Position numbers and translations under genes: made by a program. Shown piece after piece: positions 9,147 through 20,152 of a DNA stretch of 64,000 nt. Each line of letters starts with the position of its first letter. Positions within the stretch are counted from its first letter, which is position 1. This DNA comes from Thermoplasmatota archaeon (GTDB taxonomy: Archaea; Thermoplasmatota; Thermoplasmata; Thermoplasmatales; Thermoplasmataceae): positions 372 through 64,371 of the forward strand of contig JAMCUH010000050.1 in the NCBI GenBank assembly GCA_023379435.1, in the 5' to 3' direction. The notes below the pieces were generated by a model, which saw nothing but the letters and a program-made list of their open reading frames with translations, was not told where the DNA came from and did not search any database.

Positions 9147-11975
9147 CTATATCACCTTCAGATTTACTGACAGAACATGGAGATTGATGGATGGGGGTGA
9201 CGGGGGGACAAAAGATGGCCCTCCCACTGTCAGATCTATGTTCACCACTGTACCGGTAAAATAGAAGTAATCATCAAGATAGAGAGATGTGATGTTCCCT
9301 CTGGAAGACCAGTTGAACCCGACCGTTTGGGAATCTATACTCATGCCATGAACGGGACTCAAATTGGCGTCAACGGTTCCCCCTGTAATTATTGTGTCTT
9401 TACTCAGCAGGCCGCTGAAACCTATGGTCCAGAAACCGGTTGTTGAGTTCTTTTCCTCCAGCACTGACTGCTCTGACACATTTGATCTGCTTACGTTAAA
9501 ATAAAAGCTCCCCTGTGGATCTGACAGGTTAAGGATGGTTTTCTCGGAGAAATCGTGATCAAGGTGATCAATGGTAAAATTTACGTAAATTACGCCATGT
9601 TGCGCGAGTTCATACCTGCTGTAGAGACCTGTGATGTTGGATACTCTCATAATATGGGATATGGAGTAATTCCATTCAACGGAAGCATTTCCGTGAATTA
9701 GAATCTCATATGGCACAAGTGCTATGTCTGTTTCATTGTTTCCACGAAGTGCGATTGAGACGTTCTTTTCAAGAAAACTCTCGTTAAAGTATGTAAAGTT
9801 GAACGCGCCGTAATAACCGGTGTAGTTGTACAGCGTTCCATCTGCAGAAATATAATATTCCATCACCATTGGGAGAATACTATCTGTCAGGTTCATGTAC
9901 TTGACCGGTACCTGCAGTGGAAGACCCAATGTACTGTTGAATGAATTATAAGCATCCAGTGAGTCAGTGAAGTCTGCCTTCGCTCTCATGTGTGCTGTAA
10001 CTTCAATGGAAGAACTGGGTTGAATTGAAATGATGCTACCGTTATAGTAGAACATCTCCGGAAGCATCTCATAGTTTCCCACCGGGAGGTTGAACACCTT
10101 CCCGTATCCGGTTGAATTCGTCGAACCCACATAATAATAGACCTGGCCGAGAATATTGAAATACGATACAAAGCTCGTGTTTACAATGGGTTGATTATTT
10201 TCCTTGAAGAAAATTGTCAGGTTGTAATAACTGCCAGGTTCCGTTATGGTTCCATTCTCGCCTGACAGGCATGATTGGATCTGAGCGGGAGAATGATCTG
10301 GGAGACCATAGTCTGGCATGTCCTTCATGGGCGAAATAGAAGTGAGATTTGTTGAGAACCTCTGCTCAGGTGTAAGATTTATGGTGATGGTAATGTTTTT
10401 CGAAATATCCAAGACGCCAGTTCCATTCGGGTAATAATCAGGGTACGATGCATTTATACTGTAGTTTCCGGCAATTATGGAGAAGTTAGCAACACCTGCT
10501 CCATACGGAGCAGTCATGTTAAATGCCACAACTGATCCTGTGCTCTCGTATATGAGGGAAACAGATGCATTGTTTATATATGCATGATCGAGGGAATTTC
10601 TTACATAGACATGAAGTGTGATGGTATGGTTCGAGATAGGCACCAGAGAAAAGTTTAGATAATTGGTATATGAATTGAGCGAGACATTCAGGATCCTTGA
10701 CCGGAAATCTGCGCTTCTCACAAGAATGTGATAGTTTCCCGGATAACTAAAATATGTCTTATAGAAACCGCTGGAATTGGTCCTAACATTTGTACCGTAG
10801 AGAGTACCGTTGCTGTTGACTGCAAATATCATGGATGTGAAAGCGACGGGGATTTTCGTGTTATTCACCGTTACGTTACCTTCAAGGATGTAATGCCCTG
10901 GCTTGCCGTAATTTACATCCGATGTATAGTTTTTGAGCTGATCAAGAACACCTGTGTTATTGCAGGAAAACGAGTTGTTCCCAAGGGGGTTGATACTCAG
11001 GAGTGTAATGTTGTGATCATTCAAGGTAGAATTAACGAAGAGAAACGAGGAGTTTGTGATATATCCCTGGTGCGATGCGTTAATAATCCCGGGACCGCCA
11101 GGTATACTCATATAGTAGAAGCCAGTCCTGTTGGTCAGGACTGTTCCCTGAACGTTCGAATCTGATACAACTGCAGATGCCACAGGGTTCCCAGCTTTAT
11201 TTTTCACGTAACCGGAAACGTTGTAGTAATTCTCCAGTGAATAAATGGTAATATTCTGCTTCTCCGACAACGTTAGGTTGATCCTGGATGGGGCAGGTAT
11301 TGTTATGTAACCTTTCTTATACACCGTCAAAGCGTAGCTGTCCTCATACAGCGACATGGAGAAATATCCGTTGGAGCCGGATTCATGCGATGAACTCCCG
11401 AAAAAAAAGCCTGTGAGGTTCATTACAACTCCCGGAACAACCTTACCGGTGGACGAAACGGTATACCCGGAAAGATTCATGGGCGTTTCTGGATTAAGAA
11501 AGATGTTCTTGTGCACAGTACCGCCGTTAAGCGAGAAATTCTCCTGTAACCTGCTGAATCCTGGCACCTTGAACATGAGATCAACATGACCTTCCACACA
11601 TACATCGATTGTGTAATGACCGCTTGATGATATTGGAACCTCTGTGTATACAGGAGAGGCAAATGCATAGAAATTGCCTCCTGACAGGGGCTTGTCAGAC
11701 GAAGCGTTAAAAACGGTTCCGGTAATGGATGTTCTTCCCACAGATGTTAACGTGAAATTATAAACTGATGATCCGTTAAGCCCATAGTTCATTGAATCCA
11801 TGTAACTGGGTTCAACGTACTGCGGATCAAAAAAACTGCTCACATTTTTCGGGCTCACAGTGACAGGTGGATGTGCCTGAATTGGCCCGGTGGGATAGTC
11901 AGGACTTATGTAGTAAAAAACCATGGAGAGAACCAGAACTCCCACCAATATCACTGCAACTGATCTCTTGTTCAC
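9147..11975 (-). CDS. Membrane-anchored/secreted glycoprotein with tandem carboxypeptidase-regulatory-like beta-sandwich repeats
   Basis: N-terminal hydrophobic helix; repeated 'I/V-S/T-G-x-V...G-x-Y...G-Y' units; very many NxS/T sequons. Confidence 0.75.
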   Translation of the reverse strand: MNKRSVAVILVGVLVLSMVFYYISPDYPTGPIQAHPPVTVSPKNVSSFFDPQYVEPSYMDSMNYGLNGSSVYNFTLTSVGRTSITGTVFNASSDKPLSGGNFYAFASPVYTEVPISSSGHYTIDVCVEGHVDLMFKVPGFSRLQENFSLNGGTVHKNIFLNPETPMNLSGYTVSSTGKVVPGVVMNLTGFFFGSSSHESGSNGYFSMSLYEDSYALTVYKKGYITIPAPSRINLTLSEKQNITIYSLENYYNVSGYVKNKAGNPVASAVVSDSNVQGTVLTNRTGFYYMSIPGGPGIINASHQGYITNSSFLFVNSTLNDHNITLLSINPLGNNSFSCNNTGVLDQLKNYTSDVNYGKPGHYILEGNVTVNNTKIPVAFTSMIFAVNSNGTLYGTNVRTNSSGFYKTYFSYPGNYHILVRSADFRSRILNVSLNSYTNYLNFSLVPISNHTITLHVYVRNSLDHAYINNASVSLIYESTGSVVAFNMTAPYGAGVANFSIIAGNYSINASYPDYYPNGTGVLDISKNITITINLTPEQRFSTNLTSISPMKDMPDYGLPDHSPAQIQSCLSGENGTITEPGSYYNLTIFFKENNQPIVNTSFVSYFNILGQVYYYVGSTNSTGYGKVFNLPVGNYEMLPEMFYYNGSIISIQPSSSIEVTAHMRAKADFTDSLDAYNSFNSTLGLPLQVPVKYMNLTDSILPMVMEYYISADGTLYNYTGYYGAFNFTYFNESFLEKNVSIALRGNNETDIALVPYEILIHGNASVEWNYSISHIMRVSNITGLYSRYELAQHGVIYVNFTIDHLDHDFSEKTILNLSDPQGSFYFNVSRSNVSEQSVLEEKNSTTGFWTIGFSGLLSKDTIITGGTVDANLSPVHGMSIDSQTVGFNWSSRGNITSLYLDDYFYFTGTVVNIDLTVGGPSFVPPSPPSINLHVLSVNLKVI

Positions 11976-12027
11976 GCACTCGAAATAAGTCAGACAATAT
12001 ATTTAAAATTACCTAATATGGTTCCGT

Positions 12028-13581
12028 TTAGTTTCTTACCTTTACTGCAACTCCTTTCTTGAGATTGAGCATAAATGGAGCAGGCATCTTGGCCACGCCC
12101 ACGCCTCTGACTTCATGATCATATGCGATTGCAACCTCATCCTCCTGCCTGATATCTTCTGTAACTGCCTTAACCCCGACAGCATATATGTTTGCCGTAG
12201 GTTTAAAGTCATCAATTGTGACTGTGAATCGTCCCATTTCAACGAAATTCACAGCCATGGCCCTTGTCACGGAGAGTTTTCCAGTTCTTTCATTATGGAC
12301 CAGCATAGCCTTTCCTCCAAGTGTTAGCATGTCCTGGTTGTAGCTTCTGGTGTATCTCATGGAAGCAATGAGGGGTTCGATCCAGTCCCCAAACTGGAAT
12401 CTTGCCATGGACTTTAGCCGGGAAATATGTTCGTTCTGAACCGTTTCCTTCAATAACACCTCTTTGGAAAGCTCGTTCTCAAGCATATCCAACATTTCAC
12501 CATTCCTTATTCTGCCCTTAATAATTGTGCTTCCATTTGGAAGCGAGTCCTCGATGAAGGAAAGATCATCCTGTATGTATGCTATCACCTTCGCATAACT
12601 GTTTCTTCTGAAATATGATCTGAGCATATCTCTTATGATCATTTTCTCATCCTCAAACCATTCTCCGATCACAGGGATGTCATAAAACCTTGCAGGGTAC
12701 ATCCCCTCCAGTTCCTCCGGTACAAGACCTACAGGTGAAGTAACAACAACACGATGCACGGAAGTCAAATATTTTCCTATTCTGCCAATGATCCTCCTGT
12801 GAAGGCTCGAAGCGGAGTAAGGCTTCCTGGCTGAGCAGGGCAATAGTAGACAGATCTCCTTTCCCTCAGGCCTCCTGTATTCATTAGAAATTTTTTCCCT
12901 GTATTTCCTGAGGTCTGGTCTATTGAGTGATATTATTCCATTTGCCTTTATGTACGGAGTCCTGGAAGGAAAATATCTTTCACTTTCAGCGGGAAAGTAA
13001 ATGTCAAGTGACCTGATTATTTCGACAGCCTTTGAACTGAACTGGTACTTCTCCACAACTTCCCTCAGTGTTTGGGATGCAATGGCCTTTCTGAGCGAAG
13101 AAAGCATTTCATCGAGGAAAGCCATGTTGGCTGAAAGCGTTTCCTTATCCTTGAGAGAACCAAGAACCGTGTATCGAGTGCCCCTCATGCTTTGGTTTCT
13201 CACAAGTGCATCGTCAAACAGAGATATCCCGGCATAAACAAGGGCGGGAATAAGGTACGGTTCACCTATGGAAGGTGCATATATCAGTGGGAGGTTCCCC
13301 AATTCCTTTCTTATCAGGAATATTCTTTGAAGAAGTTTTTTAGGCCTCATAACAAGTGAAATGGCATCAGGAATGACGCAGATCTCTCCGCTATCATCCA
13401 CGTAATAATTTTTCATGTTTATGTTTGATATGATGCCATCAGTGTTTACACTTCTCCCAAGTACATGAAGAATACCGTTACGTGTTTCAATGTCTTTCGT
13501 AGTATCCAGGACAGCAGGGTATTCCAGACCGTCCAGGTCTCCAGTCCGGGCAAAACAGAAGATTGAGTTGTCCTTGATCAT
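12028..13581 (-). CDS. arcS: Archaeosine synthase subunit alpha (ArcS)
   Basis: LLPCSARKPYSASSLH and TSPVGLVPEELE...YDIPV.G.W motifs; C-terminal PUA domain. Confidence 0.9.
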   Translation of the reverse strand: MIKDNSIFCFARTGDLDGLEYPAVLDTTKDIETRNGILHVLGRSVNTDGIISNINMKNYYVDDSGEICVIPDAISLVMRPKKLLQRIFLIRKELGNLPLIYAPSIGEPYLIPALVYAGISLFDDALVRNQSMRGTRYTVLGSLKDKETLSANMAFLDEMLSSLRKAIASQTLREVVEKYQFSSKAVEIIRSLDIYFPAESERYFPSRTPYIKANGIISLNRPDLRKYREKISNEYRRPEGKEICLLLPCSARKPYSASSLHRRIIGRIGKYLTSVHRVVVTSPVGLVPEELEGMYPARFYDIPVIGEWFEDEKMIIRDMLRSYFRRNSYAKVIAYIQDDLSFIEDSLPNGSTIIKGRIRNGEMLDMLENELSKEVLLKETVQNEHISRLKSMARFQFGDWIEPLIASMRYTRSYNQDMLTLGGKAMLVHNERTGKLSVTRAMAVNFVEMGRFTVTIDDFKPTANIYAVGVKAVTEDIRQEDEVAIAYDHEVRGVGVAKMPAPFMLNLKKGVAVKVRN

Positions 13582-13928
13582 TGGAGGTTAATCACACTGT
13601 CAATATATCTAGTTGCACATGAATGCATGGGATATATCGTTAATAAAACAGCCCTGTTTCCGTGTATTTATGCTGAAGAGATTGAAATAGAAAAAATTTC
13701 ACGGATAATGTGGTGAACGAGTGCCTACGGGAAAATGCCCCGCTTCAAATGTGATCTGTCATCAGCATATCCTTCCTTGCACTGAATTGGAAATCCTAGT
13801 CAGTATTTAGGATAACACATATGGTGTATGCACGTCCGATGGCGAACATTAATTAACGGCGATTCATTTGACCTACAGAGCTGGTTTAGTTAACATAAGA
13901 CAAGCATGTTTATGAGAGTAGATACCAA

Positions 13929-14525
13929 ATGAAAAATAACAATAACGGTCAGGAAAAGGAGAAATGGGTTTTACCGGGTGATTTTATTGCCAACGCTGAG
14001 GAGTACCTTCCAGGTCAGAATGCCATGGAGCTAGATGGATCGATCGTATCTCTTGCATCCGGTTCGGTGGTGAAAGATGACCGGAGACTTGTTGTTTCCG
14101 TTATCACGGATAGAAAAATGCCAAAGATTAGAATCGATGATATCGTCTACGGACAGGTAACAAAGGCGGACAGGGGAAAATATAAGATGAAGGCTGGAGT
14201 TCTTGTTGATAGGGAGACCGGTGACCTAGTGGAGATCAACAGGGACGCAAACATTCACATTGAGGGCTCTAGGGACAGCGCCCTTGCACCAGTAAGGGTG
14301 GGTGATTACGTGAGAGCCAGAGTGATAAATGTAAGAAGGGATATAGATGTGTCCATAGGTGGAAAACACCTTGGCGTGGTGATGGGCATGTGCAGTAAGT
14401 GCAGGAATCCTCTTGTGCTTAAGGGAAAGACCCTCTACTGTCCAAACTGCGAAACCACCGAAACGAGAAAAATTGCAGACGATTTTGGAAAGGTGTATAT
14501 GAATGGTGAGAAACATGAAAGTTGA
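13929..14525 (+). CDS. csl4: Exosome complex RNA-binding protein Csl4
   Basis: VLPGD...EEYLPG N-domain, S1 domain, C-terminal CSKC...CPNC...ETRKIA zinc ribbon. Confidence 0.92.
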   Translation: MKNNNNGQEKEKWVLPGDFIANAEEYLPGQNAMELDGSIVSLASGSVVKDDRRLVVSVITDRKMPKIRIDDIVYGQVTKADRGKYKMKAGVLVDRETGDLVEINRDANIHIEGSRDSALAPVRVGDYVRARVINVRRDIDVSIGGKHLGVVMGMCSKCRNPLVLKGKTLYCPNCETTETRKIADDFGKVYMNGEKHES

Positions 14526-14673
14526 CAATGGAAGAACTGAAAAGGTAGAGAGACTGTCAAACGAAATAAAGGGTATGAGAAGGGAGATCGATGATCTCAA
14601 GGAAGTGTTGAGAGGCCTTATTCAGGTAATAATGAGCAGAGAGGGATCCCTGGATGACGAGGAATACAACTGA
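14515..14673 (+). CDS. Small 52-aa coiled-coil protein (below the ORF-track cutoff)
   Basis: MKVDNGRTEKVERLSNEIKGMRREIDDLKEVLRGLIQVIMSREGSLDDEEYN; GGTGA SD at 14505-14509; fills the csl4-lsm gap. Confidence 0.7.
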   Translation: MKVDNGRTEKVERLSNEIKGMRREIDDLKEVLRGLIQVIMSREGSLDDEEYN

Positions 14674-14682
14674 GGTGCCCTG

Positions 14683-14898
14683 ATGGTTATACCGATGAAA
14701 ATGCTTGAGGAAAACATAAACAGAAAGGTTTCTCTTCTACTGAAGGACAACAGGATCCTTGAAGGTACCCTATCTGGTTACGATGAGCACATGAATATGG
14801 TGCTTGATGAAGCGGAAGAAAGTTCCCAGGATTCAAAGAGGAGGCTTGGCACTGTCGTAATCAGGGGAAGCAATATTGTAAGAATATCACCGGAATAA
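14683..14898 (+). CDS. lsm: Sm-like archaeal protein (Lsm/SmAP)
   Basis: Sm1 GTLSGYDEHMNMVL and Sm2 VVIRGSNI motifs; GAGGTG SD. Confidence 0.95.
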   Translation: MVIPMKMLEENINRKVSLLLKDNRILEGTLSGYDEHMNMVLDEAEESSQDSKRRLGTVVIRGSNIVRISPE

Positions 14899-15062
14899 TG
14901 ATCTCCTGTTAGTGCTGACAGGAATCACATCTGCATCTTTGACTGGCAGAGACAGTGGGTTATCGTGATGTTTAATGACCGCTCATGATGAGGATCCCCT
15001 CATTTCAGATTTATCGTAACCATAAACGAAATACAAATGATAATTCTATTCCCTTTTTCCAG

Positions 15063-16082
15063 TTATGAGTTCATGAAGATATCCTTCTCCATCATGGACC
15101 TGAGTGACTTCAGTCCTGATGGCTGGAATATTCCGTACTCTGTTATGAAACCGGAAACATATTTGCTCGGTGTAACATCAAACGCCGGATTCCTCGACCT
15201 GCTGAGTTCCGGAGTAAACCTGTTTCCTGCGAATTCCAAAACCTCCTCCTCACCCCTTTCCTCAATGGGTATGAGATCTCCATTTGGAAGAGAGAAATCG
15301 AAGGTGCTCCCTGGGGCGGCAACGTAGAATGGTATACCGTTTTCCTTGGCCAGAACGGCCTTCTCATATGTTCCAATTTTATTGGCAAAATCCCCGTTTG
15401 AGGCAATCCTGTCTGCGCCCACTATTACGAGATCTACGTCGCCATTGCGCATGAAATAACCGGCCGCATTATCTGCTATGATATAATGTTCAATCCCTTC
15501 CTGTGCAAGCTCCCAGGCAGTGAGTCTTGCCCCCTGCAGCCTGGGTCTTGTTTCGTCAACAAAGACCGTTATCTTCTTTCCGGCGTTGTGAGCAATCCTC
15601 ATTGGTGCAAGAGCGGTCCCCCAGTCAACAACTGCAAGCGCTCCGGCGTTGCAGTGGGTGAGTATTCTTGAGTTGTCCCTTATGAGCTCATTTCCAATCT
15701 CGCCGATCTTTTTGCACCTTCCGGTTATCTCCATTCCATACCTTCTGGCAGCTGACTCAAGAAATTCATTTTTTTTCATGAAGGAGATGGCCTTGAACAG
15801 ATCGTATGCTGTGGGTCTGGTTTCACTTATCCTCTTCATTGCCAGTTCCATATCCTCGCCGTTTGCCTTGGCCATGGAGAGACCATATGCTGCAGCCACT
15901 CCAATGGCAGGTGCACCTCTTATAACCATATTCTTGATGGAGAATGCTATGTCTTCACTGTTTCTAGCGGTAAAAATATCAAGCTTTTCTGGAAGTTTTC
16001 TCTGGTCTATCATCCTGACTTCCTTCCCTTCCACCCAGATGGCAGCAAAATGTCTCTGCTTTCCTTCCACCTCAATGTTCAT
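15063..16082 (-). CDS. mtnA: Methylthioribose-1-phosphate isomerase (eIF2B-like family)
   Basis: IDQRKLP, IRGAPAIG, THCNAG, ETRPRLQGARLTAWEL, GADRI..NGD.ANKIGT, NPAFDVTP. Confidence 0.9.
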   Translation of the reverse strand: MNIEVEGKQRHFAAIWVEGKEVRMIDQRKLPEKLDIFTARNSEDIAFSIKNMVIRGAPAIGVAAAYGLSMAKANGEDMELAMKRISETRPTAYDLFKAISFMKKNEFLESAARRYGMEITGRCKKIGEIGNELIRDNSRILTHCNAGALAVVDWGTALAPMRIAHNAGKKITVFVDETRPRLQGARLTAWELAQEGIEHYIIADNAAGYFMRNGDVDLVIVGADRIASNGDFANKIGTYEKAVLAKENGIPFYVAAPGSTFDFSLPNGDLIPIEERGEEEVLEFAGNRFTPELSRSRNPAFDVTPSKYVSGFITEYGIFQPSGLKSLRSMMEKDIFMNS

Positions 16083-16169
16083 GAAAGAAGAAATGCTTAG
16101 CGATTATAAAATAATAATCAGAAACTCTGTAACATCTGAACAGATGATGTTATGAAGATCTGCCCAATG

Positions 16170-16185
16170 TTTATATGTTTATATA
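16170..16185 (+). promoter_or_regulatory. TATA box(es) upstream of tRNA-Lys/RNAP operon
   Basis: TTTATAT (16170-16176) and TTTATATA (16178-16185), 20-35 nt upstream of the mature tRNA 5' end. Confidence 0.6.
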
Positions 16186-16204
16186 AGATGAGGGGCTTCG
16201 AAGC

Positions 16205-16278
16205 GGGCCCGTAGCTCAGCCAGGTAGAGCATCTGGCTTTTAACCAGGTGGTCGGGGGTTCGAACCCCCCCGGGCCCG
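16205..16278 (+). tRNA. tRNA-Lys(UUU), no intron, CCA not encoded
   Basis: Acceptor GGGCCCG/CGGGCCC, anticodon loop CTTTTAA, T-loop TTCGAAC, discriminator G. Confidence 0.97.
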
Positions 16279-16293
16279 TGAGAAGGTGAAAAT

Positions 16294-16560
16294 ATGGGAA
16301 AATTCAACGTGCTTAACCATGAGCTTGTCCCAGAGCATTATGTTCTGGATTCCAAGGAAGAGGAAAAGGTTTTAAGGGAACTGGGAATAACCAAGGACTT
16401 GTTACCAAAAATAAACAAGTCTGATCCGGCCATTATTGCATTGGAACAGAGCCACGGGGATATCAATCCCGGTTCTGTCATTAAAATTGTTAGGAAGAGT
16501 CCTACCGCCGGCATCTCTGTTTATTACAGAGTGGTAGTGAGTGGGGAGACAGTAAGATGA
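16294..16560 (+). CDS. rpoH: RNA polymerase subunit H (Rpo5)
   Basis: HELVPEH, LPKI...[12 protein letters not shown]...YYRVV. Confidence 0.97.
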   Translation: MGKFNVLNHELVPEHYVLDSKEEEKVLRELGITKDLLPKINKSDPAIIALEQSHGDINPGSVIKIVRKSPTAGISVYYRVVVSGETVR

Positions 16561-19500
16561 AAGAGATAGTTGACGCGTTTTTTAGATCGGAAAGTGTTGT
16601 AAGTCACCAGCTTGAGTCCATGAACAATTTTCTCGCCTCCAAGGAGAATCCAAACAGCGTCATGCAGGCCATAGTTGATGAAACCAAAGTCACTGATGAT
16701 GACAAACCTGGAGTTATACAGCTCGATCCCACGAAAACCGGTGGCAGGGAAATCAAGATCTATTTTGGTAGGGTAAGGGACGATGGAAAGAGATTCGAGG
16801 AATCTACCATCTGGGTTGAAAAGCCAGAGATAAAGGAGGCTTCAGGCGCATCCAATCAGATCACACCAAACGAGGCAAGGCTCAGGGACCTCAATTACAT
16901 GGCGCCGATCATGTTAAGACTCAGGGTTTTCGAAGACGGCGTTGAAAAGGAAAACGAGACGATAAAGATCGGTGATATGCCCATCATGGTCAAATCCAAG
17001 GCATGCACACTCCATGAATCTAATCTGGATTCCTACATAGAGAAAAACAACGGAAGGGTTGATGATTCAAGGAAGGAGAAGCTTCAGTTTGTGGGCGAGG
17101 ATCCTGATGATCCGGGAGGATACTTCATCATAAGCGGCTCGGAAAGAGTCATTGTATCGCTGGAGGATCTTGCACCCAACAAGATCCTGGTTGAGTTCGA
17201 GGAAAAGTATGACAGTAAGGTAGAGGTTGCCAAGGTATTCTCGCAGAAAGGCGGCTTCAGGGCCCTCACAGCCATGGAGAAGAGCACTGACGGCATGATC
17301 AATGTATCCATACCTTCTGTTGCGGGAACTATACCCCTTGTTATACTTATGAAGGCGCTGGGCCTCGAGAAGGATAAGGAGATACATGATTCAATCGTTT
17401 CCGCACCTGAAATGGAATCAATCGTATATGCAAACCTGGAGGAGTCCAGGAATCCCAAGATTCTCCCTCCCAACGGTGTAAACTCAGTGGAGGATGCCAT
17501 TTCCTGGCTTGAAAAAAGGTTTGCCGCAGGACAAGCCAAGGAGTTCAGGGAAAAGAAGGTCTCACAGATGCTCGACAAGTCACTTCTTCCCCATCTTGGA
17601 GATACGCCGGAGGACAGGCTCACAAAAGCCGTATATCTTGGAAGGATGGCAAAGTCCCTTCTGGAACTTCACATTGGCATAAGGAAGGAAGATGACAAGG
17701 ACCATCTTGCAAACAAGAGAATGAAACTCACCGGTGATCTGCTGGATGAGCTTTTCAGGAATGCCTTCCAGAGCGTCATGAAGGATCTGAAATACCAGCT
17801 TGAAAGAACCTACAACAAGAAGAAGGGCATAAGAATCAAGCCTGCGGTGAGGCAGGATCTTTTGACGCAAAAGATACTCCACGCCATGGCTACCGGCAAC
17901 TGGAATGGTGGCAGGACTGGTATCTCACAGCTTCTTGACAGGGTGTCAAACGTCAGCACCATAAGCCACCTCAGGAGGATCATCTCTCCTCTTACAAGAT
18001 CTCAGCCGCATTTTGAGGCAAGGGATCTCCATCCAACACAGTGGGGCAGGATATGTCCCAATGAAACACCAGAGGGACAGAATTGCGGCCTCGTCAAAAA
18101 CGCAGCCCTTCTCATAAACGTAACAAAAGGTGTTGACTCATCTGATGTTCTGGAATTCCTCAGAACCAAGGGACTTGTGGAAGAGCCTTCCATAGGCGGA
18201 GAAATGGGAAGGGTGTACATCAACGGAGATTATGTGGGTTATGTTGTGGATCCGGAAGGAATTGCAAGGGCAGTTAGAATTGAGAGGAGATCCGCAAAGA
18301 TCTCAGACGAGGTTAACGTGAAATATGACTCGTCAACAAAGGAAGTTACCATAAATTGCGACAGGGGAAGACTGAGAAGGTGCCTTTTAACCGTTGAGGA
18401 TGGTAATACGCTTGTGAGCCGGGAGGACCTGGACGAACTGAGCCGCGGAGAGATAGGCATAAAGGATCTCGTTGCAAGGGGACTCGTAGAATGGGTGGAT
18501 GCAGAGGAAGAGGAGAATCTTCTCGTAGCAGTATACGCATACGATTTCCCTGAACGGTGCCCCCACTGCAGCAGCTACCTCTACAGATCAAAGATCGACT
18601 GGATGAATCCTGGTGATCTCAGCAACCCCGATAAGATAATTCTAAGATGCAATTTCTGCGGAAATACCTTTGAGGGGAAGAAACTTCTCAGGAAGGAGCA
18701 CACTCATCTGGAGATCGATCCTTCCCTCATACTGGGAGTGGTCGCTTCCGTTACCCCGTATCCAGAACATAACTCATCACCAAGAATCACCATGGCTGCC
18801 GCCATGACCAAGCAGTCCATAGGTCTTTCATCATCAAACTTCAGAATAAGAAGTGACACGAGGGGCCATGTGCTGCACTATCCCCAGGTCCCCCTGGTGA
18901 AAACAAAGGTCATGGATTATATAAAATATGACAGAAAACCTGCCGGTCAGAATTTCGTCGTTGCAGTTCTCTCTTACGAGGGCTACAACATCCAGGATGC
19001 CATAATATTCAATAAGGCATCAGTGGAGAGAGGATTGGGAAGAAGTTCGTTCTTCAGAACCTACACAGCCGAGGAGAGAAGATATCCAGGAGGTCAGGAG
19101 GACAGATTCGAGATACCCACACATGATGTTCTCGGAGCAAGGGCCGAGGAATACTACAAGAACCTTGATGAAACTGGCATAATATCCCCAGAATCATATG
19201 TTGGTGGGTCCGATGTGCTGGTGGGAAGAACTTCTCCGCCAAGGTTCCTGGAGGAGGGCGGAGAAAGGCTTGGCCCACAGAGGAGGAAGGAGTCTTCCAT
19301 AACAATGAGGCCAAACGAGACCGGCTGCGTTGACAACGTTATACTCACTGTTTCGGAAAGCAACAGCCGTGTTGTGAAGATCAAGGTGAGAAGCGAAAGG
19401 ATTCCAGAGCTGGGAGACAAGTTTGCCTCAAGACACGGCCAGAAAGGTGTCATTGGAGCGGTTGTACCCCAGGAAGATATGCCCTTCACAGAGGAGGGTG

Positions 19501-20152
19501 TCATACCTGACATTATAATCAATCCACATGCCATCCCATCAAGAATGACCGTTGGTCATATCCTTGAGATGATTGGAGGAAAGGTTGCTTCTTTGAACGG
19601 TGAAATCATCGACGGGACCATATTCAGCGGAGAACCTGAGAAGAGTCTTAGGCTGGAACTTCAGAAGTACGGATTCAGAGACAACAGCACCGAATACATG
19701 TATGACGGAATTTTGGGCACAAAATACAAGGTCGATATCTTCATAGGGGTGATATACTACCAAAAACTGCATCACATGGTTGCAGGAAAGTTCCATGCAA
19801 GGTCCAGAGGGCCCGTTCAGATCCTCACAAGACAGCCAACAGAGGGGAGGTCAAGACAGGGAGGGCTCAGGTTCGGTGAAATGGAAAGGGATACACTCAT
19901 AGCCCATGGAGCTGCAATGGTCATAAAGGACAGGCTTCTTGACCAAAGTGACGGCACCATTCTCTATGTTTGCGGAAACCCAAGCTGCGGTCATCTTGCC
20001 ATATTTGACAGGAGGAAGGGAACCCTCAGATGCCCCGTATGTGGTAATACCGGGAATATACACCCCATCGAAACAAGTTACGCATTTAAACTGATGAGGG
20101 ATGAGCTTGCCACGATGGGTGTAATGATGAGACTTGTACTGGGTGATTTGAA

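Noticed and set aside
11401..11408. A8/T8 homopolymer in the surface-protein gene
   Set aside because: In frame (GFFFG); no sign of a frameshift.
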